Below are positions 8,001-19,921 of a stretch of 30,150 bases of DNA, one piece after another. This stretch comes from an uncultured Lachnospiraceae bacterium. GTDB lineage: Bacteria > Bacillota > Clostridia > Lachnospirales > Lachnospiraceae. Positions within the stretch are counted from its first letter, which is position 1, and each line of letters starts with the position of its first letter. Below the pieces are notes generated by a model, which saw only the letters and a list, made by a program, of their open reading frames with translations, had not been told where the DNA came from and made no database searches. The translations under genes and the position numbers were made by a program. Location: the NCBI GenBank assembly GCA_964595855.1, contig CAZQTM010000003.1:1-30150 (forward strand). Reading direction: 5' to 3'.

Positions 8001-10586
8001 TTATTCGTCCTCGTTTGTATCCGCATCCTCAAGCTCTTCATCAGGAAGTGTTACCTCGTCATGAACAATTACTCGGATTCTCTCAGATTCCGGAATATCC
8101 TCCATGGCATCCTCTACATTCCCAAACTCCTGATTTCCGTCCGATACTTTTTCTCGAACCTTGGCGATCTTGGCTACCGTAATTCCTTCTTCAAGATTGA
8201 TCATTTTCACTCCGGAAGTAATCCGTCCCAAAATCGAAATGTCATCCATACGCAGCTGTATGATAATACCTTCATTTGTAATCATCATAATCTCATGGTC
8301 ATCATTGACTGCTTTGACACCTACTACATATCCTGTCTTCTCCATGATCTTATAACATTTTACACCCTTACCGCCACGATGCTGAACAGAAAATTCATTG
8401 AGGAAGGTACGTTTTCCATAACCATGTTCAGAAACAATCAGTAGAGAATCGCCCTGATGATCTAGCTGCATACCAACTATTTCATCGTTATCTGCGAGAT
8501 TCATACCGATTACTCCCATCGATGTTCTGCCAGTCGCTCTCACATCTGTTTCTTTAAAGCGAATACACATACCAAATCTCGTAATCAGGAATATTTCCGT
8601 ATTTTCGTCTGTCTGTTTTACTTCAATCAGTTCATCGTCCTCTCGCAGATTAATTGCAGCAAGACCATTTTTACGAACATTACTGAACTCCGTCAGACGA
8701 GTTTTCTTTACAATACCCTTTTTTGTAACCATAAATAGATTTTTATTATCGTCATAATCCTTAATTGGTATAATAGCTGTAATCTTTTCCTGAGGATTTA
8801 ACTGTAGCAGATTTACAATCGCTGTACCTCTTGCAGTTCTGCCTGCTTCCGGAATCTCATAGGCCTTCAATCGATAAGTGCGTCCCATATTGGTAAAGAA
8901 CATTACATAATGATGAGTTGTTGTCATCAAAAGATCTTCAATGTAATCCTCATCTAAGGTTTGCATTCCCTTGATTCCCTTACCACCTCGATGCTGACTT
9001 CTGAAATTATCAACTGTCATACGCTTGATATAACCAAGACTTGTCATTGCTATGACAGTATTATCCCTAGGAATCATATCTTCCATGGAAATATCAAATT
9101 CATCAAAACCAATCTTCGTTCTTCTGTCATCACCATATTTATCAGCGATCATAGAAATTTCTTCACGTATTACTGTCAATAACTTCTTTTCATCAGCCAA
9201 GATTGCTTTTAAATTTTCAATGGTCTTCATTAACTCCGCATACTCTGCTTCGATCTTCTCTCTTTCGAGACCTGTCAGAGCACGCAGTCTCATATCAACA
9301 ATGGCCTGTGCCTGTGCTTCTGATAAACTGAATCTTTGCATTAATTCCGTTTTTGCTTCTGCAACATTGGCACTGCCGCGAATGATCTTAATAACTTCGT
9401 CAATATTATCAAGAGCGATCAATAATCCTTGTAAAATGTGTGCTCTCTCTTCAGCCTTATTCAGATCATATTTGGTACGTCTGGTTACTACTTCCTTTTG
9501 ATGTGCAAGATAATGACCCAGCATTTCATAGAGATTCATAACACATGGCTCGTTATTTACCAAAGCCAGCATAATGACACCAAATGTATCCTGTAACTGT
9601 GTATGCTTATATAATTGATTCAGTACAACATTAGAGTTGGCATCACGGCGTAATTCAACAACAATACGCATACCATCTCTGTCAGACTCATCACGCAGAT
9701 CTGTGATTCCATCGATCTTTTTATCTTTGACAAGTTCTGCAATCTTTTCAATCAAACGAGCTTTATTGACCATATATGGAAGTTCCGATATGATGATCCG
9801 GCTCTTGCCGTTTGACATCGTTTCAATGTCCGTTACACCACGAACTCTGATTTTTGCACGACCGGTACGATATGCTTCTTCGATACCACGTGTTCCGAGA
9901 ATCACACCACCTGTCGGAAAATCCGGTCCCTTAACAATATCAAGTAATTCCTCAATATCCGTATTTCTGTCTTCTAAAATATGATTATCAATGATCTTTA
10001 CAACTGCTTGAATCACCTCTCGCAGATTATGCGGAGGAATATTGGTAGCCATACCGACTGCAATACCTGTTGTACCATTTACAAGCAAGTTAGGAAATCT
10101 ACTTGGTAATACAACAGGTTCCTTTTCGGTTTCATCAAAGTTGGGAATAAAATCAACGGTATCCTTATTGATATCAGCTAACATTTCCATGGAAATCTTA
10201 CTGAGTCTTGCTTCTGTATAACGCATGGCAGCTGCTCCGTCACCATCAACGGAACCAAAATTACCATGACCGTCTACCAGTATACTTCTCATAGACCATG
10301 GTTGTGCCATATTAACAAGAGCTCCATAAATAGAACTGTCTCCATGAGGATGATATTTACCCATTGTATCACCGACAATTCTGGCACACTTTCTATGTGG
10401 CTTGTCGGGACCATTATTCAATTCGATCATGGAATATAAAACTCGACGTTGAACCGGCTTTAATCCATCTCTTACATCAGGTAATGCCCTGGCCGCAATT
10501 ACACTCATGGCATAATCGATATAAGAGGTCTCCATCGTTTTCTTTAGATCAATTTCATGAACCTTATCAAAGATTTGATCATCCAT
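8001..10586 (-). CDS. gyrA: DNA gyrase subunit A
   Basis: [15 protein letters not shown], catalytic AAMRYTE, GyrA-box QHRGGKG and an acidic C-terminal tail. Confidence 0.99.
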   Translation of the reverse strand: MDDQIFDKVHEIDLKKTMETSYIDYAMSVIAARALPDVRDGLKPVQRRVLYSMIELNNGPDKPHRKCARIVGDTMGKYHPHGDSSIYGALVNMAQPWSMRSILVDGHGNFGSVDGDGAAAMRYTEARLSKISMEMLADINKDTVDFIPNFDETEKEPVVLPSRFPNLLVNGTTGIAVGMATNIPPHNLREVIQAVVKIIDNHILEDRNTDIEELLDIVKGPDFPTGGVILGTRGIEEAYRTGRAKIRVRGVTDIETMSNGKSRIIISELPYMVNKARLIEKIAELVKDKKIDGITDLRDESDRDGMRIVVELRRDANSNVVLNQLYKHTQLQDTFGVIMLALVNNEPCVMNLYEMLGHYLAHQKEVVTRRTKYDLNKAEERAHILQGLLIALDNIDEVIKIIRGSANVAEAKTELMQRFSLSEAQAQAIVDMRLRALTGLEREKIEAEYAELMKTIENLKAILADEKKLLTVIREEISMIADKYGDDRRTKIGFDEFDISMEDMIPRDNTVIAMTSLGYIKRMTVDNFRSQHRGGKGIKGMQTLDEDYIEDLLMTTTHHYVMFFTNMGRTYRLKAYEIPEAGRTARGTAIVNLLQLNPQEKITAIIPIKDYDDNKNLFMVTKKGIVKKTRLTEFSNVRKNGLAAINLREDDELIEVKQTDENTEIFLITRFGMCIRFKETDVRATGRTSMGVIGMNLADNDEIVGMQLDHQGDSLLIVSEHGYGKRTFLNEFSVQHRGGKGVKCYKIMEKTGYVVGVKAVNDDHEIMMITNEGIIIQLRMDDISILGRITSGVKMINLEEGITVAKIAKVREKVSDGNQEFGNVEDAMEDIPESERIRVIVHDEVTLPDEELEDADTNEDE

Positions 10587-10606
10587 TGCTTTTCCCCTTA
10601 CTTTAA

Positions 10607-13636
<3,030 letters not shown>

Positions 13637-13640
<4 letters not shown>

Positions 13641-13849
13641 TCATTTTCAATCCTTATCGAATTATTATCATATTCAACTATATCTCCTGGACGAATTTTC
13701 TTTCCTCTTTGAATTTCTACTTCATAATTTACCTTAACCTGACCATCTTGTATTACAATTTTAGCTTCTACACCGGAATCTACAAGTCCCGCCAATTTCA
13801 AAACTTGTCCAAGTTTTATATAATCATCTTTTATTTTAACAGAATTCAT
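13637..13849 (-). CDS. yaaA: S4-domain RNA-binding protein YaaA
   Basis: 70 aa, IKLGQVLK...RGKKIRPGD; lies between dnaN and recF. Confidence 0.93.
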
Positions 13850-13888
13850 AAAATATAACTCCTTCTCGGAACATGTGATTCATTTTAA

Positions 13889-14998
13889 TTAATTTACGCT
13901 ATTAAAGTTCAGAGGTAATATAAGATATATATAGTTTTCATTATCATCCTTTATAAAACAAGGAGCTTTTGGATTAACCATATATACATTAATTTCTTCA
14001 TCATCAATAACCCTTAAGGCATCTATTAAGAATTTTGGATTAAAGCCTATTAATATATCTTTTCCTTGTTTATCAATATCAATTTCTTCATTTAAGGAAC
14101 CAACAGTTGAATTCATTTTTAATTCCATTTTAAGATCAGCAATATTAATAATTATAGGTTTTTTATCTCCTTCTTTAATTAATAAAGATGCTCGATCAAT
14201 ACAATTATAGAATTCCTTTTTATTAATCTTTATTTTAGTTTCATAATCATTTGAAAGCATTTGATTAATTTTAAAGTACTCGCCTTCTATCAAACGAGAA
14301 ACAACTACTGTTTTATTAAATTCAAATACAATATGTTTACCTGTGAAGAATATTTCTACATCCTGATCCATTTCACCTGATAAAATCTTACTTATTTCAT
14401 TTAATGTTTTACCTGGTACAACCACCTTATGATCTTCGTAAGAATTTTTAAGCTCTATTTTACGAATGGAAATCCTATATCCATCTAATGAAACAACCTT
14501 TAATATATTCTCATTGATTTCAAATAATTCACCTGTCATTAATTTATTATTTTCATTATCAGAGATAGAAAATATAGTTTGTCTGATTAATTCTTTTAGA
14601 GTAAATTGTGATAATATCACTCCATTATTCTTTTCTACTTCAGGAAGATAAGAAAAATCTTCACCTGATTTACCAATAATATTAAATTTAGATTTTTCAC
14701 AAGTAATAGTTACTTTATAATTATTATCAACCTCAATTGTAATATCATTATCAGGAAGCTTTCTAACAATCTCAAGAAAAATTTTAGCATCTATTGCAAC
14801 TGTACCTTTTTCAATGATTTGTCCATCTATGATTGTTTCTATACCTAATTCCATGTCATTAGCTGTTAATTTAATTGTATCATCATAAGCTTGAATTAGT
14901 ATACATTCCAAAATGGACATAGTTGTTTTTGATGGAACTGCTTTAGAAACAATATTAACTCCATTTAAAAGGTTAGGTTTTGAACAAATCATTTTCAT
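13889..14998 (-). CDS. dnaN: DNA polymerase III beta sliding clamp
   Basis: 369 aa with RLIEGEY and IGFNPKFLIDAL motifs. GGAGG RBS at 15009-15013; immediately downstream of dnaA. Confidence 0.98.
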   Translation of the reverse strand: MKMICSKPNLLNGVNIVSKAVPSKTTMSILECILIQAYDDTIKLTANDMELGIETIIDGQIIEKGTVAIDAKIFLEIVRKLPDNDITIEVDNNYKVTITCEKSKFNIIGKSGEDFSYLPEVEKNNGVILSQFTLKELIRQTIFSISDNENNKLMTGELFEINENILKVVSLDGYRISIRKIELKNSYEDHKVVVPGKTLNEISKILSGEMDQDVEIFFTGKHIVFEFNKTVVVSRLIEGEYFKINQMLSNDYETKIKINKKEFYNCIDRASLLIKEGDKKPIIINIADLKMELKMNSTVGSLNEEIDIDKQGKDILIGFNPKFLIDALRVIDDEEINVYMVNPKAPCFIKDDNENYIYLILPLNFNSVN

Positions 14999-15252
14999 GT
15001 GTATAAATCCTCCATTCGCTATTAAGTAAATAAATAATAAAAGAATTAGTAATAGTCATAGTAATAGATGTGAATAAGTGTATAAACCGGTTTCTATTAA
15101 TAAAATAGAAGCATTTAGAAAAGTATAAGTGTGTTAAAAACAATATAATAAAAAAATATAACTAATGACTTATAAACATAGTAAATATATTACAAGTTAT
15201 ATAAACATCATAAAATGTTAATATCAACATATTGATGTGTATAAATCATGTA
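14998..15252. other. oriC, dnaA-dnaN part containing the unwinding element
   Basis: DnaA boxes TGTGTATAA (14998-15006, 15236-15244), TGTGAATAA (15069-15077) and AGTGTATAA (15077-15085). Degenerate boxes at 15170, 15199 and 15221. Seven DnaA-trios at 15047-15067, with AT-rich DNA next to them. Confidence 0.9.
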
Positions 15253-16632
15253 TCAACTAGGATTTATTTTTTTAAGGATTGCATCAATAGTTGCTTTCAT
15301 TGAAGGATTGGTTTCTAATTCTGCCAATACCTTTTTTTGTCCGTGTATGATAGTAGTATGATCTTTTTTTCCAAGTAGTTTAGCAACAGCTGTTAAGGGT
15401 GTATCGGTTAACTCTCTGATTAGATACATAGAAATCTGTCTTGGAATTACAACTTCTGTGTTTCTCTTTTTTGATAAAATATCAGATGGCTGTATATTAA
15501 AATGATCTGCAACAACATCGATGATAAATTGTGGAGTAATTCTCTTTGGAAGATTAGGAGAAATAATATCTTTTAATGCTTCCTCTGCTAATTCCATATT
15601 GATTTCTCTATTTTCCAAATTAGAAAATGCAATCAATTTATTAAGAGCACCTTCTAATTCTCTAATATTTGATTTTACGTTATTTGCAATATACTTAATT
15701 ATTTCATCATCAATCTCATAGCCATCCATTTCTTCTTTTTTTCGAAGTATAGCCATTCTGGTTTCATAATCAGGAGATTGAATATCAGCTATCAAACCCC
15801 ATTCAAATCTTGAACGAAGTCTTTCTTCAAGTGTCTCCATATCTTTAGGAGGCCTGTCTGATGAAAGAATAATCTGCTTTTTTTCACCATGAAGCTGATT
15901 AAATGTATGAAAGAACTCTTCCTGAGTACTTTCTTTTCCTATAATAAACTGAACATCATCTAAAAGCAAAACGTCAACATTTCTATATTTTTCTCTGAAT
16001 TTAGACATCGCAGTTGGAGAATTATTACCAATTCTGATTGTTTCAATAACTTCATTTGTAAATGTCTCAGAGGTAACATATAAAACCTTTGCATTAGGAT
16101 TATTATTAATAATAAAATGTGCAATGGAATGCATTAAATGTGTTTTACCAAGACCTACACCACCATATAAAAATAAAGGATTATAAATCTCTCCTGGAGA
16201 TTCGGCTACTGCAAGAGCAGCGGAATGTGCAAATTTATTATTACCTCCTACTACAAATGTATCAAATGTATATTTTGAATTAAGATTTGCTTTTTCACAT
16301 TCAGGATTAACTTCAAATCTTGTTGAACCTTTTGTCCTGTTACTGTTATTAATATCTTTTTCTAAAACAAACTCAACTTCATAGACCTTATGCATCGTTT
16401 CAGCAATGGCTACTTTAAAAGGAAGAGAATATTTATTACAAATGTATTTTAGGGAATGCTCTTGATCAGATGGTATTGCAATAATAACACAGTCATCTTC
16501 TATGCTGTGTAATTTAAGAGGAAGAATCCAGGTATTATAAGAAATATCAGTAAGATCATGTTCCTTTCTGAGTGATTCTTTTATTTCATCCCATTTTTTA
16601 TCAAAGACTTCCATTGCAAATTCTCCCAACAT
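15253..16632 (-). CDS. dnaA: Chromosomal replication initiator DnaA
   Basis: Walker A GGVGLGKTHL, Walker B LLLDDVQF, SSDRPP, NIRELEGAL and domain IV DHTT. An alternative start at 16614 has a GGGAGA RBS. Confidence 0.99.
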   Translation of the reverse strand: MLGEFAMEVFDKKWDEIKESLRKEHDLTDISYNTWILPLKLHSIEDDCVIIAIPSDQEHSLKYICNKYSLPFKVAIAETMHKVYEVEFVLEKDINNSNRTKGSTRFEVNPECEKANLNSKYTFDTFVVGGNNKFAHSAALAVAESPGEIYNPLFLYGGVGLGKTHLMHSIAHFIINNNPNAKVLYVTSETFTNEVIETIRIGNNSPTAMSKFREKYRNVDVLLLDDVQFIIGKESTQEEFFHTFNQLHGEKKQIILSSDRPPKDMETLEERLRSRFEWGLIADIQSPDYETRMAILRKKEEMDGYEIDDEIIKYIANNVKSNIRELEGALNKLIAFSNLENREINMELAEEALKDIISPNLPKRITPQFIIDVVADHFNIQPSDILSKKRNTEVVIPRQISMYLIRELTDTPLTAVAKLLGKKDHTTIIHGQKKVLAELETNPSMKATIDAILKKINPS

Positions 16633-16926
16633 AAAAATCTATCCTTTTCTATATTAAACTAAATTTATAAAAGTTTCAACGTTTTATTAATTACATAAAA
16701 TTACATATATTAGTGAAATAGTTTACATATTATTTGAATAGTATGTGGTTATGTGAATGATGTAAATAAATGTATATACACATAAAAATAATTGAATTAT
16801 AGCGATTTATATAATTTTATACTTATCATATTAACATTAAAAAAATGATTTATCCACAAGATATTCACATTATGTGGATATAATTATGTCAATTAAAAGG
16901 TTATATCAAAACACAATATCTTGTAC
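16633..16926. other. oriC, dnaA-upstream DnaA-box cluster
   Basis: Perfect TTATCCACA (16850-16858). Near-matches ATATTCACA (16861-16869), TGTGGATAT (16873-16881), TGTGGTTAT (16744-16752), TGTGAATGA (16752-16760), TGTAAATAA (16761-16769) and ATATACACA (16774-16782). Gene orientation diverges here. Confidence 0.85.
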
Positions 16927-16955
16927 TTGACGGAAAAGAACTAATTGAATATAAT
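16927..16955 (+). promoter_or_regulatory. sigma-A promoter of rpmH
   Basis: TTGACG (16927-16932), 17-nt spacer, TATAAT (16950-16955). Confidence 0.8.
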
Positions 16956-17024
16956 TGAAATGATGTTTTCTGGCATGTAAAGATTATATATGAGTCATTT
17001 AATAATAGAAGGAGGTGCCTAACT

Positions 17025-17159
17025 ATGAAGATGACATTTCAACCTAAAAAGAGATCAAGAGCTAAAGTTCACGGATTCAGAGCAAGAATGAGTACTCCGG
17101 GCGGAAGAAAAGTTTTAGCTTCCAGAAGATTAAAAGGAAGAAAACAATTATCAGCATAG
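17025..17159 (+). CDS. rpmH: 50S ribosomal protein L34 (absent from the ORF track)
   Basis: Hand-translated as [44 protein letters not shown], with an AGGAGG RBS upstream. Confidence 0.99.
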   Translation: MKMTFQPKKRSRAKVHGFRARMSTPGGRKVLASRRLKGRKQLSA

Positions 17160-17182
17160 ACCGCGTAAAGTGGTCTATTTTT
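17157..17182 (+). terminator. Hairpin plus U-tract after rpmH (probable leaky terminator)
   Basis: TAGACCGC-GTAAA-GTGGTCTA followed by TTTTT. Confidence 0.65.
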
Positions 17183-17210
17183 CTCTTACCTTATTTGAAA
17201 GAGGTATAGC

Positions 17211-17546
17211 ATGCTTTTTTCCGAATCATTAAAAAGTAATATCGATTTCCAATATCTATATAAGAATGGTAAATCCAAAGCAAATCGTTATTTGGTAATG
17301 TATCAGTCAGAAAACAGTATAGGAAAGAACAGAATCGGAATCTCTGTCAGTAAAAAAGTCGGAAACAGTGTTGTAAGACATCGATTGACCAGACTGATCA
17401 GAGAAAGTTACAGACTACACGAAAATATGTTTAATAGTGGTTTAGACATAGTAGTCATCGTTCGTACTACAGCAAAAGATGCTACATATCACGATATTGA
17501 AAGTGCACTCTTACATTTGGGAAAATTACACCGTATATTAAAATGA
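17211..17546 (+). CDS. rnpA: Ribonuclease P protein component
   Basis: RIGISVSKKVGNSVVRHRLTRLIRE (RNR-motif variant); directly after rpmH. Confidence 0.97.
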   Translation: MLFSESLKSNIDFQYLYKNGKSKANRYLVMYQSENSIGKNRIGISVSKKVGNSVVRHRLTRLIRESYRLHENMFNSGLDIVVIVRTTAKDATYHDIESALLHLGKLHRILK

Positions 17547-17752
17547 AAAAAATATTGATATTTATCATAAAATTCTATCAAAAATATATATCCGGTCTAA
17601 AAAGTACAAAATGTCCTTATATTCCTAGCTGCTCTCAATATGGATTAGAAGCAGTTGAGAAATACGGTGCTTTCAAAGGTGGATTGCTTGCAATGTGGAG
17701 AATCATTCGCTGCAATCCTTTTTCTAAGGGAGGATATGATCCCGTTCCTTAA
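17543..17752 (+). CDS. yidD: Membrane protein insertion efficiency factor YidD
   Basis: CPYIPSCSQY and RIIRCNPFSKGGYDPVP motifs. Confidence 0.96.
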   Translation: MKKILIFIIKFYQKYISGLKSTKCPYIPSCSQYGLEAVEKYGAFKGGLLAMWRIIRCNPFSKGGYDPVP

Positions 17753-17796
17753 TTAAACTCATTTGCTGCAGACATCATTTCAAGGAGGATATTAAC

Positions 17797-19137
17797 TTGG
17801 TTAATATATTATTGTCACAAAACAGTGGTGCAATATTAGGACCAATTGCCAGATTGCTTGGTATATTGATGGATTTTATATTCAATGTATTGGATAAAAT
17901 AGGTATTCCAAATACTGGTTTAGCAATTATTTTATTTACATTAGTTATTTATATTTGTTTGATGCCTTTAACAATCAAACAACAGAAATTTTCTAAATTA
18001 TCAGCAAAAATGAATCCTGAATTGCAGGCTGTTCAAGCAAAGTATAAGAATAAAAAAGACAACGATTCTATGATGAAGATGAATGAAGAAACCAAGGCTA
18101 TTTATGCTAAGTATGGTACTTCACCGACAGGTAGTTGTCTGCAATTGTTGATACAGATGCCGATTTTATTTGCTCTATATCGTGTAATAGATAATATGCC
18201 GGCTTATGTTTCTAAGATTAAAGAAGCATTTATGATATTTGTTCCTTCTTTTATAAAGGAAAGCGGAAGTTTAGAATTTATTCAGAATAAAGATAATTTT
18301 GCAGCTGCAACCAGATTTGCAAAGCAGTTTACGAATGAATTATTTGTTAATGGCGATGTTGAATATGTACAAAATACGGTTATTGATGTATTAAATAAGG
18401 CATCAACAGCCGAATGGAGAAATATTTATGCACCAGGAAATTTTGAAGGATTAAAGAATTTGATTAATAGTGTAGATATTATTAATCATCCGGGTGCATT
18501 AGATCTGATTGATAAATATAATAATTTCTTAGGTATTAATGTAGCAAATTCTCCTTCCTATTATGTTATGGGATTTTTCAAAGGACAAGGTGCGGAGTTT
18601 ACTTTGCTATTGGCAATCGGAGCAATTATGTTCCCGATATTGGCTGCAGTAACTCAGTGGTTGAATGTTAAATTAATGCCACAAGCAGAAACAAAAGGTT
18701 CTGATCCTAATGCAGATACTATGGCAAATTCCATGAAAACAATGAATATGATGATGCCGATTATGTCTGCAGTATTTTGTTTTACATTACCAACAGGTAT
18801 GGGTCTTTACTGGATTGCAGGTGCTGTTATCAGAAGTATTCAACAAATAATAATTAATAAACATCTTGATAAGACAGATATTGATGAATTGATTCAAAAG
18901 AATATAGAAAAAGCAAATGCAAAACGTGAAAAGCAAGGGCTACCTGCACAAAAGGTTAATAGTTATGCAAAGATGAATACAAAGACAGTAAATGAGACTA
19001 AAAAAGTAATGAGTGCAGAAGAAAAGGAAGAGGCAATCAAGAAATCTACAGAGTACTACAATAAGGGAGTAAAACCAGGAAGTATAGCAGCAAAAGCGAA
19101 TATGGTTAAGCATTATAATGAGAAGAATAATAAGTAG
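17797..19137 (+). CDS. yidC: Membrane protein insertase YidC/Oxa1/SpoIIIJ
   Basis: TTG start after AGGAGG. Contains GLAIILFT, PEL..Q.KYK, CL.LLIQMPILFALY and GLYWI motifs, a large internal loop and a basic C-terminal tail; syntenic after yidD. Confidence 0.95.
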   Translation: MVNILLSQNSGAILGPIARLLGILMDFIFNVLDKIGIPNTGLAIILFTLVIYICLMPLTIKQQKFSKLSAKMNPELQAVQAKYKNKKDNDSMMKMNEETKAIYAKYGTSPTGSCLQLLIQMPILFALYRVIDNMPAYVSKIKEAFMIFVPSFIKESGSLEFIQNKDNFAAATRFAKQFTNELFVNGDVEYVQNTVIDVLNKASTAEWRNIYAPGNFEGLKNLINSVDIINHPGALDLIDKYNNFLGINVANSPSYYVMGFFKGQGAEFTLLLAIGAIMFPILAAVTQWLNVKLMPQAETKGSDPNADTMANSMKTMNMMMPIMSAVFCFTLPTGMGLYWIAGAVIRSIQQIIINKHLDKTDIDELIQKNIEKANAKREKQGLPAQKVNSYAKMNTKTVNETKKVMSAEEKEEAIKKSTEYYNKGVKPGSIAAKANMVKHYNEKNNK

Positions 19138-19148
19138 GAGGGATTATC

Positions 19149-19853
19149 ATGGAATATATTGAAGTATCAGGAAAAACTTTAGATGATGCAATAACAGAAG
19201 CATGTCAGAAACTAACAGTTACAAGTGATCGTTTAGATTATGAAGTGATTGAAAAGGGAAGTAATGGTTTTTTAGGAATCGCAAGTAAACCTGCAGTTAT
19301 TAAAGCAAGAATTAAGAGTGAAAATGAAGTTGTAAAGGAAACAGTAAAAGAAGTAAGTTATGAAGAGAAAAAATCAACAGATAAGAAAACAGTAGTAACC
19401 GGTCATTATGCAGATCCTAAAGAGTTCTTAGAGAAAGTTTTTGCAGCAATGAATATGGATGTTTCCATTGATGTAAAGATGGATGAAGTTGAAAATGAGA
19501 TGACAATTGATTTAAAGGGTGATGAAATGGGAGTTCTCATCGGAAAGAGAGGACAGACACTTGATTCACTGCAATATCTAACAAGCCTGGTAGTTAATAA
19601 AGGTAATTCAAATTATATCAGAGTGAAAGTTGATACTGAGAATTACAGAAAAAGAAGAAAAGATACTTTAGAGAATCTTGCAAAAAATCTAGCATATAAG
19701 GTAAAGAGAACGAAACGTCCTGTAACACTGGAACCGATGAATCCTTATGAAAGAAGAGTGATTCATTCTGCATTACAGAATGACAAATATGTAAGTACTC
19801 ATAGTGAAGGTGAAGAACCGTTTAGAAGAGTGGTAATTACATTGAATAAGTAG
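19149..19853 (+). CDS. jag: RNA-binding protein Jag/EloR/KhpB
   Basis: Jag_N domain (GKTLDDAI, GFLGI), KH GxxG (IGKRGQTLD) and R3H domain (ERRVIHSAL). Confidence 0.96.
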   Translation: MEYIEVSGKTLDDAITEACQKLTVTSDRLDYEVIEKGSNGFLGIASKPAVIKARIKSENEVVKETVKEVSYEEKKSTDKKTVVTGHYADPKEFLEKVFAAMNMDVSIDVKMDEVENEMTIDLKGDEMGVLIGKRGQTLDSLQYLTSLVVNKGNSNYIRVKVDTENYRKRRKDTLENLAKNLAYKVKRTKRPVTLEPMNPYERRVIHSALQNDKYVSTHSEGEEPFRRVVITLNK

Positions 19854-19863
19854 TGATTATTTG

Positions 19864-19901
19864 GGAATGAAGAGTTCGTTCGCGAACTCTTTGTTCCTTT
19901 T
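19864..19901 (+). terminator. Intrinsic terminator after jag
   Basis: GGAATGAAGAGTTCG-TTCG-CGAACTCTTTGTTCC: a 15-bp stem with G-U pairs, followed by TTTT. Confidence 0.8.
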
Positions 19902-19921
19902 GATTTATTATGGGTGAAATT

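Noticed and set aside
15092-15110. Inverted repeat TTCTATT-AATAA-AATAGAA in oriC
   Set aside because: It is short and AT-only in a very AT-rich region, so chance is likely.
16864-16892. TTGACA at 16887-16892 as the dnaA -35 box
   Set aside because: There is no acceptable -10 hexamer at 16-18 nt spacing, so I cannot support the promoter call.
17376-17400. RnpA RHR in place of the RNR motif
   Set aside because: It is a conservative variant and the rest of the motif is intact, so there is no reason to suspect altered function.
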